Part shown: piece after piece, positions 16,970-26,106 of the stretch | Layout: each line of letters opens with the position of its first letter | How positions within the stretch are numbered: the stretch's first letter is position 1 | Source of the DNA: Paracoccus suum | GTDB lineage: Bacteria; Pseudomonadota; Alphaproteobacteria; Rhodobacterales; Rhodobacteraceae | Direction of reading: 5' to 3' | Assembly (NCBI RefSeq): GCF_003324675.1 | Contig: NZ_CP030918.1 | Coordinates: 1,980,001-2,012,000 of the forward strand | DNA length: 32,000 nt | The notes under the pieces: generated by a model | Database searches by the model: none | Seen by the model: the letters and a program-made list of their open reading frames with translations, nothing else | What the model was told of the DNA's origin: nothing | Made by a program: the position numbers and the translations under genes

Positions 16970-19900
16970 ATGCAGAAATGCCTCCTACCGCCCGCCGAGC
17001 AGCTGCGGATCAGCGTGGATGCCCCCCTCTCGTCCACGCGCGAGATTTATTTCGAGGACGAGGCCGGCCGCTGCCTGCTGGCGATCATGTGCCGGACCGA
17101 CCGGCGCAGCGCAAAGGGTAGCACGCGCCTCGTCATCAGCCGCTTCGAGGCCTCCGGTGAATGGGGACCGGAGATTTCGGTCGACCTGCCCGAGGGCCGG
17201 GTGCCAGGCCCGTTCGAGCTGCGCATCGGCGCTGTCGAACTGGAGATTGTCTCAGGCGAGCGCGTCCTGCTGTCGTGCGATCCCTCCCGCGCGATGGGCC
17301 CCGAAACCGTCGCCCACAACATGCGCATCCTCAAGACCAACTGCGATTTGCGCGCTTTCAGCCTGCAGATCGGCACCGAGGTCGCGGCGCAGCTCGCGCT
17401 CGCCGACCGCATCGCCCAGACCGCGCCCGAGGCGGACGACGCCCTGCCGGGCGCCACGTTGATCATGCTGTCGTCAGCCGCCAGCATGAATGACAACCGT
17501 CGCGAGGCGGTACAACTGGACGCCCATTTCGCACAGGTCGTGGTCTTGGACCCCGCCGCCGAGGGCGAGGACGCAATCGATCGCAGCATCGACGCAGCGA
17601 TCGCTGCGGTCGAGACGAGCAACGTGATGGTGGTCTCGGGGGAATGGACGGCGGCCGACCTCAGCAGCATCGCCGCGGGATACCTGCTTGAGGACAGCGA
17701 CAACGTCTACATGCCGCTCGGTTTCGACATGGTGGTCCAGCCCGGCACCCGCTGGGGCATGATGCTGCCCGCGCGGTTCCGCGGCCGGCCGAGCCTGCGC
17801 GCGGTGGCCGGCATGGTCACGGTCGACCCCGCTTTCCTGGCACTGGCTGACTGGCGGGCACCCAGCGGCTGGAAGGTGGGACCGCAGTTGCGGGCGGCGC
17901 GCAACGCCAGCGCCCGCCTGCCGTTCGAAGTCGATCCTGGCGGCGCCACGCAGTTGCAGTTGGCGCGCCCGACACGCCACCCGCTGGTGGTGACGCCGCC
18001 GGCCATGCCGCAGCACGCGCTGTTTGCAGCCGGGCTGCGTCACATGCCGCTCAGCCGCGGGTTCCCGCAGTCGGTGCGGCAGATGCTGCTGACCCTCGCC
18101 AGCCAGGCGGATGAGAATTGCGCCGACGATCTCGTGCTCTGCGCGCTGACCGGCGAGGACTTGGCCCACACCGTGGCCGACGCGTTCCGCCATCCGCTGA
18201 GCGGGATCGAGACGGTGACCGAGGCAGGCCGTCCAATTGCGTTGCGCTTGTCGCCGGCTGTGCTCGCCGATCTGATGTCGCCCGGCTTCGTGCGCCTTGC
18301 CGGCCCGGACAGCCGGCGTCTGTTGGACGCGCCGCAGCCTGACCTGCCGGCGATGATCACGACTATCGTCGGCATGCTTTCGGTCGCGGGCGTGCCGGTG
18401 ATCGACAGCATCCCCTCCGTTCCAAAAGCTGCCGATTCGGACGACAGCGACGCCCCCGTCGACCTGATCTGGTGCCTGCCCGACGCGGTCCTGGCGGAGA
18501 TGGTGCAGCGCGCCTCGACTCCCTCGGCCGCAGTCGCAGTGCGCGGGGTGCACCGCCTCTGTCCTTCGCCCGCGACCTTTGCCCAGCTTGCGCTGCAATG
18601 CGCGGCTCGGCAGCAATTGCCCTTCTTCGAGGTCGCCTCGAACCTCGATCTGATCGATCCCAAGGGCGATCACGTCCGGCGGATGGTCAGCCAGCTTGAG
18701 CGCAGCGGGTTGCTGCGCGACGGCGACGTGTTGGCCGGCCTCGTCGCGATGCTTGTCCGGCGCCGCTATTTCGATGAGGTCCGCAAGCTGGTCGCGGCCC
18801 CGGTCGAGAACGCCCCGCCGTTGACACTGCTGGCGCTGCGCACGGCCGAGATTGCGGCCTCGGTGTTCGACCCGGCCGACACCCGCTTTGCCGGCATCCC
18901 GCCGGAGTCGCTGTTGCCGGACGACCTGCCGCGCGGCGCTTCCCTCGCGGCTTTTGGCGAGGCGTTGACCCATTACCGTGCGGTTCGCCGCGATTGGCCA
19001 GGCGTGCTGGCGACGGTCGATCTGGTCGGCAACGAGAACCTGACCAATTTCAGCTATGAGCACTGGATGATGGCCCGGATCGGCGCCGGCCAGACCAAGG
19101 ACACGGCCGAGATGATCCATCGCGGCCGCGCAGGCTGGCGGCTGCACGAGTGGAGCTATCGCCGCTTGCTGATGCAACTGGCCTATCGCACCGGCGATCC
19201 GGACCAGGTCCGCACTGCCGTCGCAGACATGCTGGCCAACGATCCCGAGATGGCGCCCCTGACCGCTGCGCCGACGGTGTTCACCAAGCTGAATGGCACG
19301 CCCGGCATCGATCTGGACGAAGTTGCCTGCGTGATCGTCGCCCGCAACGAGTTCGGCCGCCTCAAGTGGTTGCACCAGTACTACCGAGACCTGGGCATCG
19401 CCCAGTTCGTGCTGGTCGATAACATGTCCGACGACCAGACTGTCGCCTACTTCACCGCGCAGCCCGACGTATTCGTGCTGCAGACCGACGAAAACTACCG
19501 CGACTCTCGCTATGGCGTGAAATGGCACAACGAAGTGTGCGAGACCTATTTCCGCGATCGCTGGGTGCTGACGGTCGATGCGGACGAGGTGCTGGTGTTT
19601 GCCGGCTCGGACCAGCCGGGCGCGATCAACGATCTCGTGCGCCGCCTCGATGCGGGCGGGGATGAGGCGTTCTTGGCGCCGATGATAGACATGTATGCCG
19701 ATGGCGCGCTGGATCAGGTGGATTTCCAGCCCGGCGATTCGCTGATCGAGAACTTCCCGCTGTTCGACGGCACCGGCTACTGGTTCGACCGCACGGCCAG
19801 CTTCCCCGACACCACGGTGTCAGGGGGCGTGCGCATCCGCCGGTTCTGGAACGACCGCCATGATCCACGCCTGCCGCACCTGTCGATGCAAAAGGCGCCG

Positions 19901-20221
19901 CTGGCCCGCTGGAACGAGGGGTTTCACTATCTGTCCTCGACCCATGAGATGACGCCTTGCCGGGTGTCGTCGGAAACCGGAGCGCTGCTGCATTTCAAGT
20001 TCCTGCCCGATTTCCACGCCCGAGCCATGGAAGAGGTGCGCCGCAACCAGCATTACGAGGGCGCGCGCGAATACCGGGTCTATGCCGAGATCCTCGAGGA
20101 CCCGGCGAACCGCAGCTTCCGTTATCCGGGTTCGCTGCAATACGAAGGACCGCAGACGCTGATCGACGCGGGCCTGATCGTCCCGCCAAAAACCGCCCGC
20201 GCGGCTGGCGGGCGTCGCTGA
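16970..20221 (+). CDS. 1083-aa multidomain protein: uncharacterised N-terminal ~780 aa fused to a C-terminal GT2-like (Glyco_tranf_2_4-type) glycosyltransferase domain
   Basis: The C-terminal region (from about 19320) has ACVIVARNEFGRLKWLHQYYRDLGIAQFVLVDNMSDDQTVAYF. It is followed by a DxD motif in WVLTVDADEVLVF and by GALLHFKFL, the pattern I associate with PF13704-type GT2 enzymes. No signal peptide or TM segment is seen. The N-terminal part has protein-like composition but no motif I recognise. Confidence 0.7.
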   Translation: MQKCLLPPAEQLRISVDAPLSSTREIYFEDEAGRCLLAIMCRTDRRSAKGSTRLVISRFEASGEWGPEISVDLPEGRVPGPFELRIGAVELEIVSGERVLLSCDPSRAMGPETVAHNMRILKTNCDLRAFSLQIGTEVAAQLALADRIAQTAPEADDALPGATLIMLSSAASMNDNRREAVQLDAHFAQVVVLDPAAEGEDAIDRSIDAAIAAVETSNVMVVSGEWTAADLSSIAAGYLLEDSDNVYMPLGFDMVVQPGTRWGMMLPARFRGRPSLRAVAGMVTVDPAFLALADWRAPSGWKVGPQLRAARNASARLPFEVDPGGATQLQLARPTRHPLVVTPPAMPQHALFAAGLRHMPLSRGFPQSVRQMLLTLASQADENCADDLVLCALTGEDLAHTVADAFRHPLSGIETVTEAGRPIALRLSPAVLADLMSPGFVRLAGPDSRRLLDAPQPDLPAMITTIVGMLSVAGVPVIDSIPSVPKAADSDDSDAPVDLIWCLPDAVLAEMVQRASTPSAAVAVRGVHRLCPSPATFAQLALQCAARQQLPFFEVASNLDLIDPKGDHVRRMVSQLERSGLLRDGDVLAGLVAMLVRRRYFDEVRKLVAAPVENAPPLTLLALRTAEIAASVFDPADTRFAGIPPESLLPDDLPRGASLAAFGEALTHYRAVRRDWPGVLATVDLVGNENLTNFSYEHWMMARIGAGQTKDTAEMIHRGRAGWRLHEWSYRRLLMQLAYRTGDPDQVRTAVADMLANDPEMAPLTAAPTVFTKLNGTPGIDLDEVACVIVARNEFGRLKWLHQYYRDLGIAQFVLVDNMSDDQTVAYFTAQPDVFVLQTDENYRDSRYGVKWHNEVCETYFRDRWVLTVDADEVLVFAGSDQPGAINDLVRRLDAGGDEAFLAPMIDMYADGALDQVDFQPGDSLIENFPLFDGTGYWFDRTASFPDTTVSGGVRIRRFWNDRHDPRLPHLSMQKAPLARWNEGFHYLSSTHEMTPCRVSSETGALLHFKFLPDFHARAMEEVRRNQHYEGAREYRVYAEILEDPANRSFRYPGSLQYEGPQTLIDAGLIVPPKTARAAGGRR

Positions 20222-20236
20222 CGGGCGTCGCCGGCG

Positions 20237-21109
20237 TTATGTCCCGGCGACTGCCTGCGACGCGCGCAACGGATCGGCGGGATAGACACCGAGGATGGTC
20301 AGGCTGCTGGTGAAGTAGGTCAGCTCCTCCAGCGCGCGGGCGAGCGCCGGCTCGTCCGGATGCCCCTCGACATCGGCGTAGAACTGGGTCGCGGTGAACA
20401 CGCCGTCGACCATGTAGCTTTCCAGCTTGGTCATGTTCACCCCGTTGGTCGCGAAGCCGCCCATCGCCTTGTAAAGCGCCGCGGGAATGTTGCGCACGCG
20501 GAAGACAAAGCTGGTCATCATCTGCGTGCCGCCTGAGGCATTGCTGCGCGGCGTACGGTCCGGGGTCCGGCCCATGATCAGGAAGCGAGTGGTGTTGTTG
20601 CCCCGATCCTCGATCTGCTCGGCCAGCGGGGTCAGCCCGTAAATCTCGCCGGCGAGGGGCGAGGCGAGCGCCGCGCGCTGCGGATCGCGCGCCTCGGCGA
20701 CGGCGAGGGCAGAGCCAGCGGTGTCCGCCGCCGTCACGGTGCGAATCCCGTGCTGGCGCAGAAAGCCCCGGCACTGGCCCAGCAGGACGGTATGGCTCAT
20801 GGCCTCGCGCACATCCTGCAGCCGCGCGCCGGGCACGCCCAGCAGGCTGATGTGAACGCGCACGAACGTCTCGTCGAGGATGTGAAGGCCGCTTTCGGGC
20901 AGCAGGTGGTGGATGTCTGCGACGCGGCCATAGGTCGAATTCTCGACCGGCAGCATGGCCAGGTCCGCCGCGCCCGACCGGCAGGCCTCGACCGTCTCCT
21001 CGAAGGTCGGGCAGGGCAGGGCTTCCATGTCCGGGCGGGCCTGGCGGCAGGCTTGGTGGCTGTAGGCACCGGGTTCGCCTTGGAAGGCGATGCAATTGGT
21101 GGGCTTCAT
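20237..21109 (-). CDS. pheA: prephenate dehydratase
   Basis: 290 aa. [15 protein letters not shown]...[20 protein letters not shown] is followed by a C-terminal ACT domain ([33 protein letters not shown]). The gene is convergent with the large glycosyltransferase gene, separated by a 15-nt gap. Confidence 0.9.
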   Translation of the reverse strand: MKPTNCIAFQGEPGAYSHQACRQARPDMEALPCPTFEETVEACRSGAADLAMLPVENSTYGRVADIHHLLPESGLHILDETFVRVHISLLGVPGARLQDVREAMSHTVLLGQCRGFLRQHGIRTVTAADTAGSALAVAEARDPQRAALASPLAGEIYGLTPLAEQIEDRGNNTTRFLIMGRTPDRTPRSNASGGTQMMTSFVFRVRNIPAALYKAMGGFATNGVNMTKLESYMVDGVFTATQFYADVEGHPDEPALARALEELTYFTSSLTILGVYPADPLRASQAVAGT

Positions 21110-21254
21110 GGTGGGTCCTGTGGGCGTCCCGGGCAGGGGGTCTGGGCATGGGGCGCGGCCGTTTCCGGCGGCAGTCGATCAGCCCCGGCCCGGCGCAGTG
21201 CGGCGCATGCGGCACCCTGCCGCGACGGGTTGGCGGCGGGTGCCTAACTACAGC

Positions 21255-21284
21255 TTGAACCGACAAAGCGAAAGCATGTATGCA
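21255..21284 (+). promoter_or_regulatory. possible sigma70-type promoter for the cytochrome c gene
   Basis: TTGAAC (21255-21260), an 18-nt spacer, then TATGCA (21279-21284), about 43 nt upstream of ATG 21327. This is a pattern match only. Confidence 0.25.
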
Positions 21285-21326
21285 CGCCGGCGACACTCCA
21301 TGCCCAATCGCCGGGGATCTCGCCGC

Positions 21327-21866
21327 ATGTTTAACACGATGACCATTACCAAGACGGCGGGCGCGCTGATCGGATCGCTGCTGGTGCTGCTGCTCGTCAG
21401 CTGGGCCGCCTCGTCCATCTACCATGTCGGCGGACCCGAGCATCACGCCGAGGGCGAGGCCCCCGCGCAAGCCTATACCATCGCCGTCGAGGAGGCCGCG
21501 CCTGCTGGTGGCGCCCCGGCCGAGCAGATCGATTTCGGCGCGCTCATGGCCTCGGCCGATGCGGCCAAGGGCGAGAAGGTGTTCGGCAAGTGCAAGACCT
21601 GCCACAGCGTCGAAGGCAAGGACGGCACCGGTCCGCACCTGAACGGCGTGGTTGGCCGCGCTGTCGCCAGCGTCGCCGGCTTTAACTACGATGACGCGAT
21701 GAAGGCCCATGCGGGCGAGGCGCCGACCTGGACGCCCGAAGCCCTGCAGGAATTCCTGACCAACCCCAAGGGCGTCGTTCCCGGCACCAAGATGGCCTTT
21801 GCCGGCCTGCCCAAGCCCCAGGACCGCGCCGATCTGATCGCCTTCCTGCAGCAGCACGGCGGCTGA
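21327..21866 (+). CDS. cycM: membrane-anchored class I cytochrome c (c552/cy type)
   Basis: 179 aa. An N-terminal TM anchor ([25 protein letters not shown]) is followed by an Ala/Glu/Pro linker. The heme motif is CKTCH in [30 protein letters not shown], and the Met ligand is in GTKMAF. The start is at ATG 21327 inside the track ORF 21090..21866. Confidence 0.85.
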   Translation: MFNTMTITKTAGALIGSLLVLLLVSWAASSIYHVGGPEHHAEGEAPAQAYTIAVEEAAPAGGAPAEQIDFGALMASADAAKGEKVFGKCKTCHSVEGKDGTGPHLNGVVGRAVASVAGFNYDDAMKAHAGEAPTWTPEALQEFLTNPKGVVPGTKMAFAGLPKPQDRADLIAFLQQHGG

Positions 21867-21890
21867 GTCCCGCGCCTTACCAGTTCGACC

Positions 21891-21918
21891 GGACGCCCGC
21901 CTGAAAAGGCGGGCGTTC
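21891..21918 (+). terminator. stem-loop downstream of the cytochrome c gene
   Basis: ACGCCCGCC-TGAAAA-GGCGGGCGT is a 9-bp perfect stem, extendable by G.U and G-C pairs. The trailing T-tract (TTCCGCTG) is weak. Confidence 0.4.
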
Positions 21919-22015
21919 CGCTGTCCGGCTCACGAAATCGCGGGTTGCCCGCCACGGCCGCCCCGTCCTAGCCTGCGGCCCGCAGATGCCGGTCCCCGGC
22001 GATGACGGAGCCGCC

Positions 22016-23887
22016 ATGATTTCCATCCGACCGATGCCCCTTCGCGCCCTGCACCGCCTCGCGCCGCTGGCGTTGCTGATGGCCTTCGGCCAGCCACTGC
22101 AGGCGCAGGATACGCCGCAAACCATCACCGCGCACGGCATCTCGGTCTTTGGCGATCTGAAGCTGCCGGCCGACTTTGCCCATCTGGCATATGTCAATCC
22201 GTCGGCCCCCAAGGGCGGCGAGATCAGCGAATGGGCCGCCGGCGGCTTTGACAGCTACAACCCCTATACCATCAAGGGCCGTGCGGCCGCGATGTCCAAC
22301 GCCCCGCTGGAAAGCCTGCTGACCGGCACCGCGGACGAGGTCGGCGCCGCCTACTGCCTGATTTGCGAGACGCTGGAATACCCGGCCAGCCGGGATTGGG
22401 TGATCTTTACCCTTCGCCCCGACGTGCGCTTTTCGGATGGAAGGCCGCTGACCGCCAAGGACGTGCTGTTCAGCTACGAGCAGTTGCGTGACAAGGGCCT
22501 GTCCAGCTTTCGTACCGTGATCGCCCAGCAGATTGCCTCGGCCGAGTTGCTGGACGACCGACGAATCCGCTTTACCTTCAAGCCTGACTACCCGCGGCGC
22601 GACGTGATCCAGGGCGCCGGCAGCCTGCCGATCTTTTCGCAGGCCGATTTCGAAAAGAACAAGCGCGACATCGGCGAAAGCTCGAACATTCCCTTCGTCG
22701 GCTCTGGCCCCTACATGTTCGACCGCGCCGATACCGGCCGCAGCATCGTCTGGAAGCGCAACCCGGATTACTGGGGTGAAAAGCTGCCGATCAATATCGG
22801 CCGCAACAACTTTGACCGCATCCGCGTCGAGTATTTCGGCGATTACGACAGCGCATTCGAGGCGTTCAAGGCGGGCGAATACACCTTTCGCAACGAGGCC
22901 AGCAGCATCATCTGGGCCACACGCTATGATTTTCCGGCCTTCAAGTCGGGCTGGGTGCGGCGCGACACGCTTCCCAACGGCAATGTCTCCAGCGGTCAGG
23001 CTTGGGCGATCAACCTGCGCCGGCCCGATTTCGGCGACATTCGCGTGCGCGAGGCAATCGGCCTGATGTTCAACTTTGAATGGGCCAACGAGAGCTTGTT
23101 CTACGGACTCTACACCCGCACCAAAAGTTTCTGGGACAACAGCGACCTGGCCGCCACAGGCAAGCCCTCGCCGGAGGAGCGCGCGATCCTGGAGCCGCTG
23201 GCCGCCGACCTTCCGCCCGGCATCCTCGACGCCGAGGCCGTCCTGCCGCCGACCAGCGGCGCCCGCCAGCTCGACCGTCGCAACCTGCGGCAGGCCGCTG
23301 CGCTGCTGGACGAGGCCGGCTGGGCGACCGGCAGCGACGGGCTGCGGCGCAAGGACGGCCGCACCCTGAAGGTCGAGATTCTGAACGACAGCCAGACCTT
23401 TGACCGGGTCATCAATCCCTTTGTCGAGAACCTGCGCGCGGCCGGCATTGATGCGGTCCACACCCGCGTCGACGATGCTCAGTACGAGGACCGCAACCGT
23501 GGCCATGATTTCGACCTGTCGAATGCCCAACTGGGTCAGGAACTGATCCCGGGCGCAGGGTTGCAGCAGTATTTCGGCTCGGCCAACGTGGGCGACGTGT
23601 TCAACGCGATGGGTCTGGCCAACCCTGCTATCGACAAGCTGATTTCGCTGGTCGAAGGCGCAGCCACCCATGACGAGATGGCGGTCCGCGTTCGCGCACT
23701 TGACCGCGCGCTGCGCGCGCTGCGGTTCTGGGTGCCGCAATGGTACAAGGCCGAGCATACCGTTGCCTATTGGGACCAGTACGGTCACCCCGATGCGCTG
23801 CCGCCCTATTCCCTTGGCGAGCTTGATTTCTGGTGGTTCGACGCCGATAAAGCCGCCAAGCTGAAACAGGCCGGGGCGCTGCGCTAG
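22016..23887 (+). CDS. yejA: ABC peptide-uptake substrate-binding protein (family 5, YejA-like)
   Basis: About 623 aa from MISIRPMPLRALHRLAPLALLMAFGQPLQAQ (signal peptide), with GACGGAG 5 nt upstream. ATG 21986 is an alternative start. The length and sequence (ISEWAAGGFDSYNPY..., WVPQWY, FWWFD) are typical of YejA. It is followed by yejB, yejE and yejF. Confidence 0.85.
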   Translation: MISIRPMPLRALHRLAPLALLMAFGQPLQAQDTPQTITAHGISVFGDLKLPADFAHLAYVNPSAPKGGEISEWAAGGFDSYNPYTIKGRAAAMSNAPLESLLTGTADEVGAAYCLICETLEYPASRDWVIFTLRPDVRFSDGRPLTAKDVLFSYEQLRDKGLSSFRTVIAQQIASAELLDDRRIRFTFKPDYPRRDVIQGAGSLPIFSQADFEKNKRDIGESSNIPFVGSGPYMFDRADTGRSIVWKRNPDYWGEKLPINIGRNNFDRIRVEYFGDYDSAFEAFKAGEYTFRNEASSIIWATRYDFPAFKSGWVRRDTLPNGNVSSGQAWAINLRRPDFGDIRVREAIGLMFNFEWANESLFYGLYTRTKSFWDNSDLAATGKPSPEERAILEPLAADLPPGILDAEAVLPPTSGARQLDRRNLRQAAALLDEAGWATGSDGLRRKDGRTLKVEILNDSQTFDRVINPFVENLRAAGIDAVHTRVDDAQYEDRNRGHDFDLSNAQLGQELIPGAGLQQYFGSANVGDVFNAMGLANPAIDKLISLVEGAATHDEMAVRVRALDRALRALRFWVPQWYKAEHTVAYWDQYGHPDALPPYSLGELDFWWFDADKAAKLKQAGALR

Positions 23888-23918
23888 GCGCGCGCCGAAC
23901 GGCCGGAACGGGGCGGGG

Positions 23919-25003
23919 ATGGCAGCCTATATCCTGCGGCGCTTGCTGCTGATCGTGCCGACGCTGATCGGCATCATGCTGGTCAATTTCACGCTGACCC
24001 AGTTCGTCCCGGGCGGGCCAATCGAACAGATCGCAGCCCGCGTGCAGGGCGAGGGCGACGTGTTCCGCAACATCGCCGGCGGCGGCGACGCGGGCGCCGG
24101 GCAGGCCAGCGGCGGCAGCGAGGGTTATGCCGGCGCCAGGGGCCTCTCGCCCGAGTTCATCGCCCAACTGGAAAAAGAGTTCGGCTTTGATAAACCGCCC
24201 GCCGAGCGGTTCCTCACCATGCTCGGAAATTACCTGCGGTTCGATTTCGGCACCAGCTGGTTCCGCTCGATCAGCGTGGTCGATCTGGTTCTGGAAAAGA
24301 TGCCGGTCAGCATCACGCTGGGGCTGTGGTCCACCTTGCTGGCCTATCTGATCTCGATCCCGCTCGGCATCCGCAAGGCGGTTCGCGACGGGACCGCCTT
24401 TGACACATGGACCAGCAGCGCGATCATCATCGGCTATGCCATCCCCGGCTTCCTGTTCGCCGTCTTGTTGATGGTTTTGTTCGCGGGGGGAGCTATTGGA
24501 AAATATTTCCGTTGCGCGGCCTTACCTCTGACAATTTCGAGGCCCTGTCGACCTTTGGGAAAGTAAAAGACTATCTGTGGCACATCACCTTGCCGGTGAT
24601 CGCCTCAAGCATAGCCAGTTTCGCGACGCTGACCTTGCTGACCAAGAACAGCTTTCTGGACGAGATCAACAAGCAGTACGTCATCACGGCCCGCGCCAAG
24701 GGTCTGAGCGAGCGTCGCGTTCTTTACGGGCATGTCTTCCGCAATGCCATGCTGATCGTCATCGCGGGCTTTCCCGCGATGTTCCTTGGCGTGTTCTTTG
24801 GCAGCTCGATCCTGATCGAGACCATCTTCTCGCTCGACGGGCTCGGCCGGCTTGGGTTCGAGGCCGCGGTCCAGCGCGATTACCCGGTGATCTTCGGCAC
24901 GCTTTATGTCTTTGGCCTGATGGGCCTGCTGGTTGGGATCCTCTCGGACCTGACTTACGCGCTTGTCGATCCGCGCATCGACTTTGAAAGGCGCGCGGGA
25001 TGA
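23919..25003 (+). pseudogene. yejB: yejB permease interrupted by a 1-nt frameshift in a G6 run (24485-24490)
   Basis: Track ORF 23919..24566 carries the N-terminal half (MAAYILRRLLLIVPTLIGIMLVNFTLTQFVPGGPIEQ...[23 protein letters not shown]). Track ORF 24407..25003, in another frame, carries the rest ([11 protein letters not shown]...[10 protein letters not shown]...[22 protein letters not shown]...DPRIDFERR). The junction matches E. coli YejB FFAGGSYFDLFPLRGL as I recall it. The downstream frame ends in an ATGA overlap with yejE. Confidence 0.8.
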
Positions 25004-26106
25004 GCCTTTCAGCCCTCAACCAGCGCCGCTGGCGCAACTTTCGTCGCAACAAGCGCGCCTTCTGGTCGATGGTGATCTTTGCCCTGCTGTTCGTGCTGGC
25101 GATGTTCGCCGAGGTGATCGCCAACGACAAACCGATCCTCGTCAATTTCAAGGGCAGCTATTATTTCCCGGTCTACCGCTTTTACTCGGAAAAGACCTTC
25201 GGCGGCGATTTCGGGACCGAGGCGATCTACCGCGACGAGTCGGTCCAGTGCCTGATCGTGACCGGCGGTCGCGAGGAGTGCTGGGACGATCCCGAAGGGG
25301 TCATGGCCGAGGCGCGCGCCACCGGCAAGGTCAGCGGCGAGGCAGTGCAGAAAGGCTGGATGATCTGGCCGGTCATTCCTTACAACTATCGCACCATCAA
25401 CGACGTGGGGACCGCGCCCTCGGCCCCGGACGCCGCCCACTGGCTGGGCACCGACGATACCGCGCGGGATGTTGCGGCGCGCGTGATTTATGGGTTCCGT
25501 ACCTCGATCCTGTTCACGCTGATCGTGACAGTTATCGCCTCGACCATCGGCATCGCCGCGGGCGCGGTGCAGGGCTACTTTGGCGGCCGCACCGACCTGA
25601 TCTTCCAGCGCCTGCTGGAGATCTGGGGCAGCACGCCCTCGCTCTACGTGATTATCATCCTGTTCGCGATCCTCGGGCGGTCGTTCTGGCTGCTGGTGTT
25701 CGTGACCATCCTGTTCGGCTGGCCGGCCCTGACCGGGGTGGTGCGGGCAGAGTTCCTGCGTGCCCGCAACTTTGAATATGTCCGGGCCGCGCGCGCCCTC
25801 GGGGTCGGGGACCGGGTGATCATGTTCCGCCACATCCTCCCCAACGCCATGGTTGCGACGCTGACCATGCTGCCGTTCGTCGTCACCGGCACGATCAGCG
25901 GCCTCGCCGCGCTCGACTACCTCGGCTACGGCCTGCCCGCGTCCGCCCCCTCGCTGGGCGAGCTTGCGCTGCAGGCCAAGCAGAACCTGCAGGCGCCGTG
26001 GCTGGGGTTCACTGCCTTCTTCACCTTTGCCATCATGCTGTCTCTGCTGGTTTTCGTGTTCGAGGGCATCCGCGACGCCTTCGACCCGCGAAAGACCTTT
26101 AAATGA
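25000..26106 (+). CDS. yejE: ABC peptide-uptake permease YejE
   Basis: 368 aa. [45 protein letters not shown]...[12 protein letters not shown]...[10 protein letters not shown] matches the YejE layout. Confidence 0.9.
   Translation: MSLSALNQRRWRNFRRNKRAFWSMVIFALLFVLAMFAEVIANDKPILVNFKGSYYFPVYRFYSEKTFGGDFGTEAIYRDESVQCLIVTGGREECWDDPEGVMAEARATGKVSGEAVQKGWMIWPVIPYNYRTINDVGTAPSAPDAAHWLGTDDTARDVAARVIYGFRTSILFTLIVTVIASTIGIAAGAVQGYFGGRTDLIFQRLLEIWGSTPSLYVIIILFAILGRSFWLLVFVTILFGWPALTGVVRAEFLRARNFEYVRAARALGVGDRVIMFRHILPNAMVATLTMLPFVVTGTISGLAALDYLGYGLPASAPSLGELALQAKQNLQAPWLGFTAFFTFAIMLSLLVFVFEGIRDAFDPRKTFK

Noticed and set aside
17474-19528. 684-aa minus-strand ORF inside the large glycosyltransferase gene
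   Set aside because: This is a shadow ORF with Arg/Gly/Ala/His-rich composition and no motifs. It is entirely antisense to a 1083-aa frame that ends in a recognisable GT domain.
14560-20237. Looked for mobile-element hallmarks around the accessory module: integrase, transposase, tRNA target and flanking direct repeats
   Set aside because: No such genes or tRNA-like sequences are visible. I could not identify flanking direct repeats by eye, so I do not call it a genomic island or mobile element, only a compositionally atypical insertion candidate.
19995-21857. 620-aa minus-strand ORF crossing the GT gene end, pheA and the cytochrome c gene
   Set aside because: It crosses three independently supported genes, reading through pheA in a different frame. 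Its composition is extremely Arg/Pro/Gly-rich. It is a stop-poor artefact of high GC.
21968-23788. 606-aa minus-strand ORF antisense to yejA
   Set aside because: It has shadow-ORF composition, and the plus-strand frame is a clear family-5 SBP with a signal peptide.
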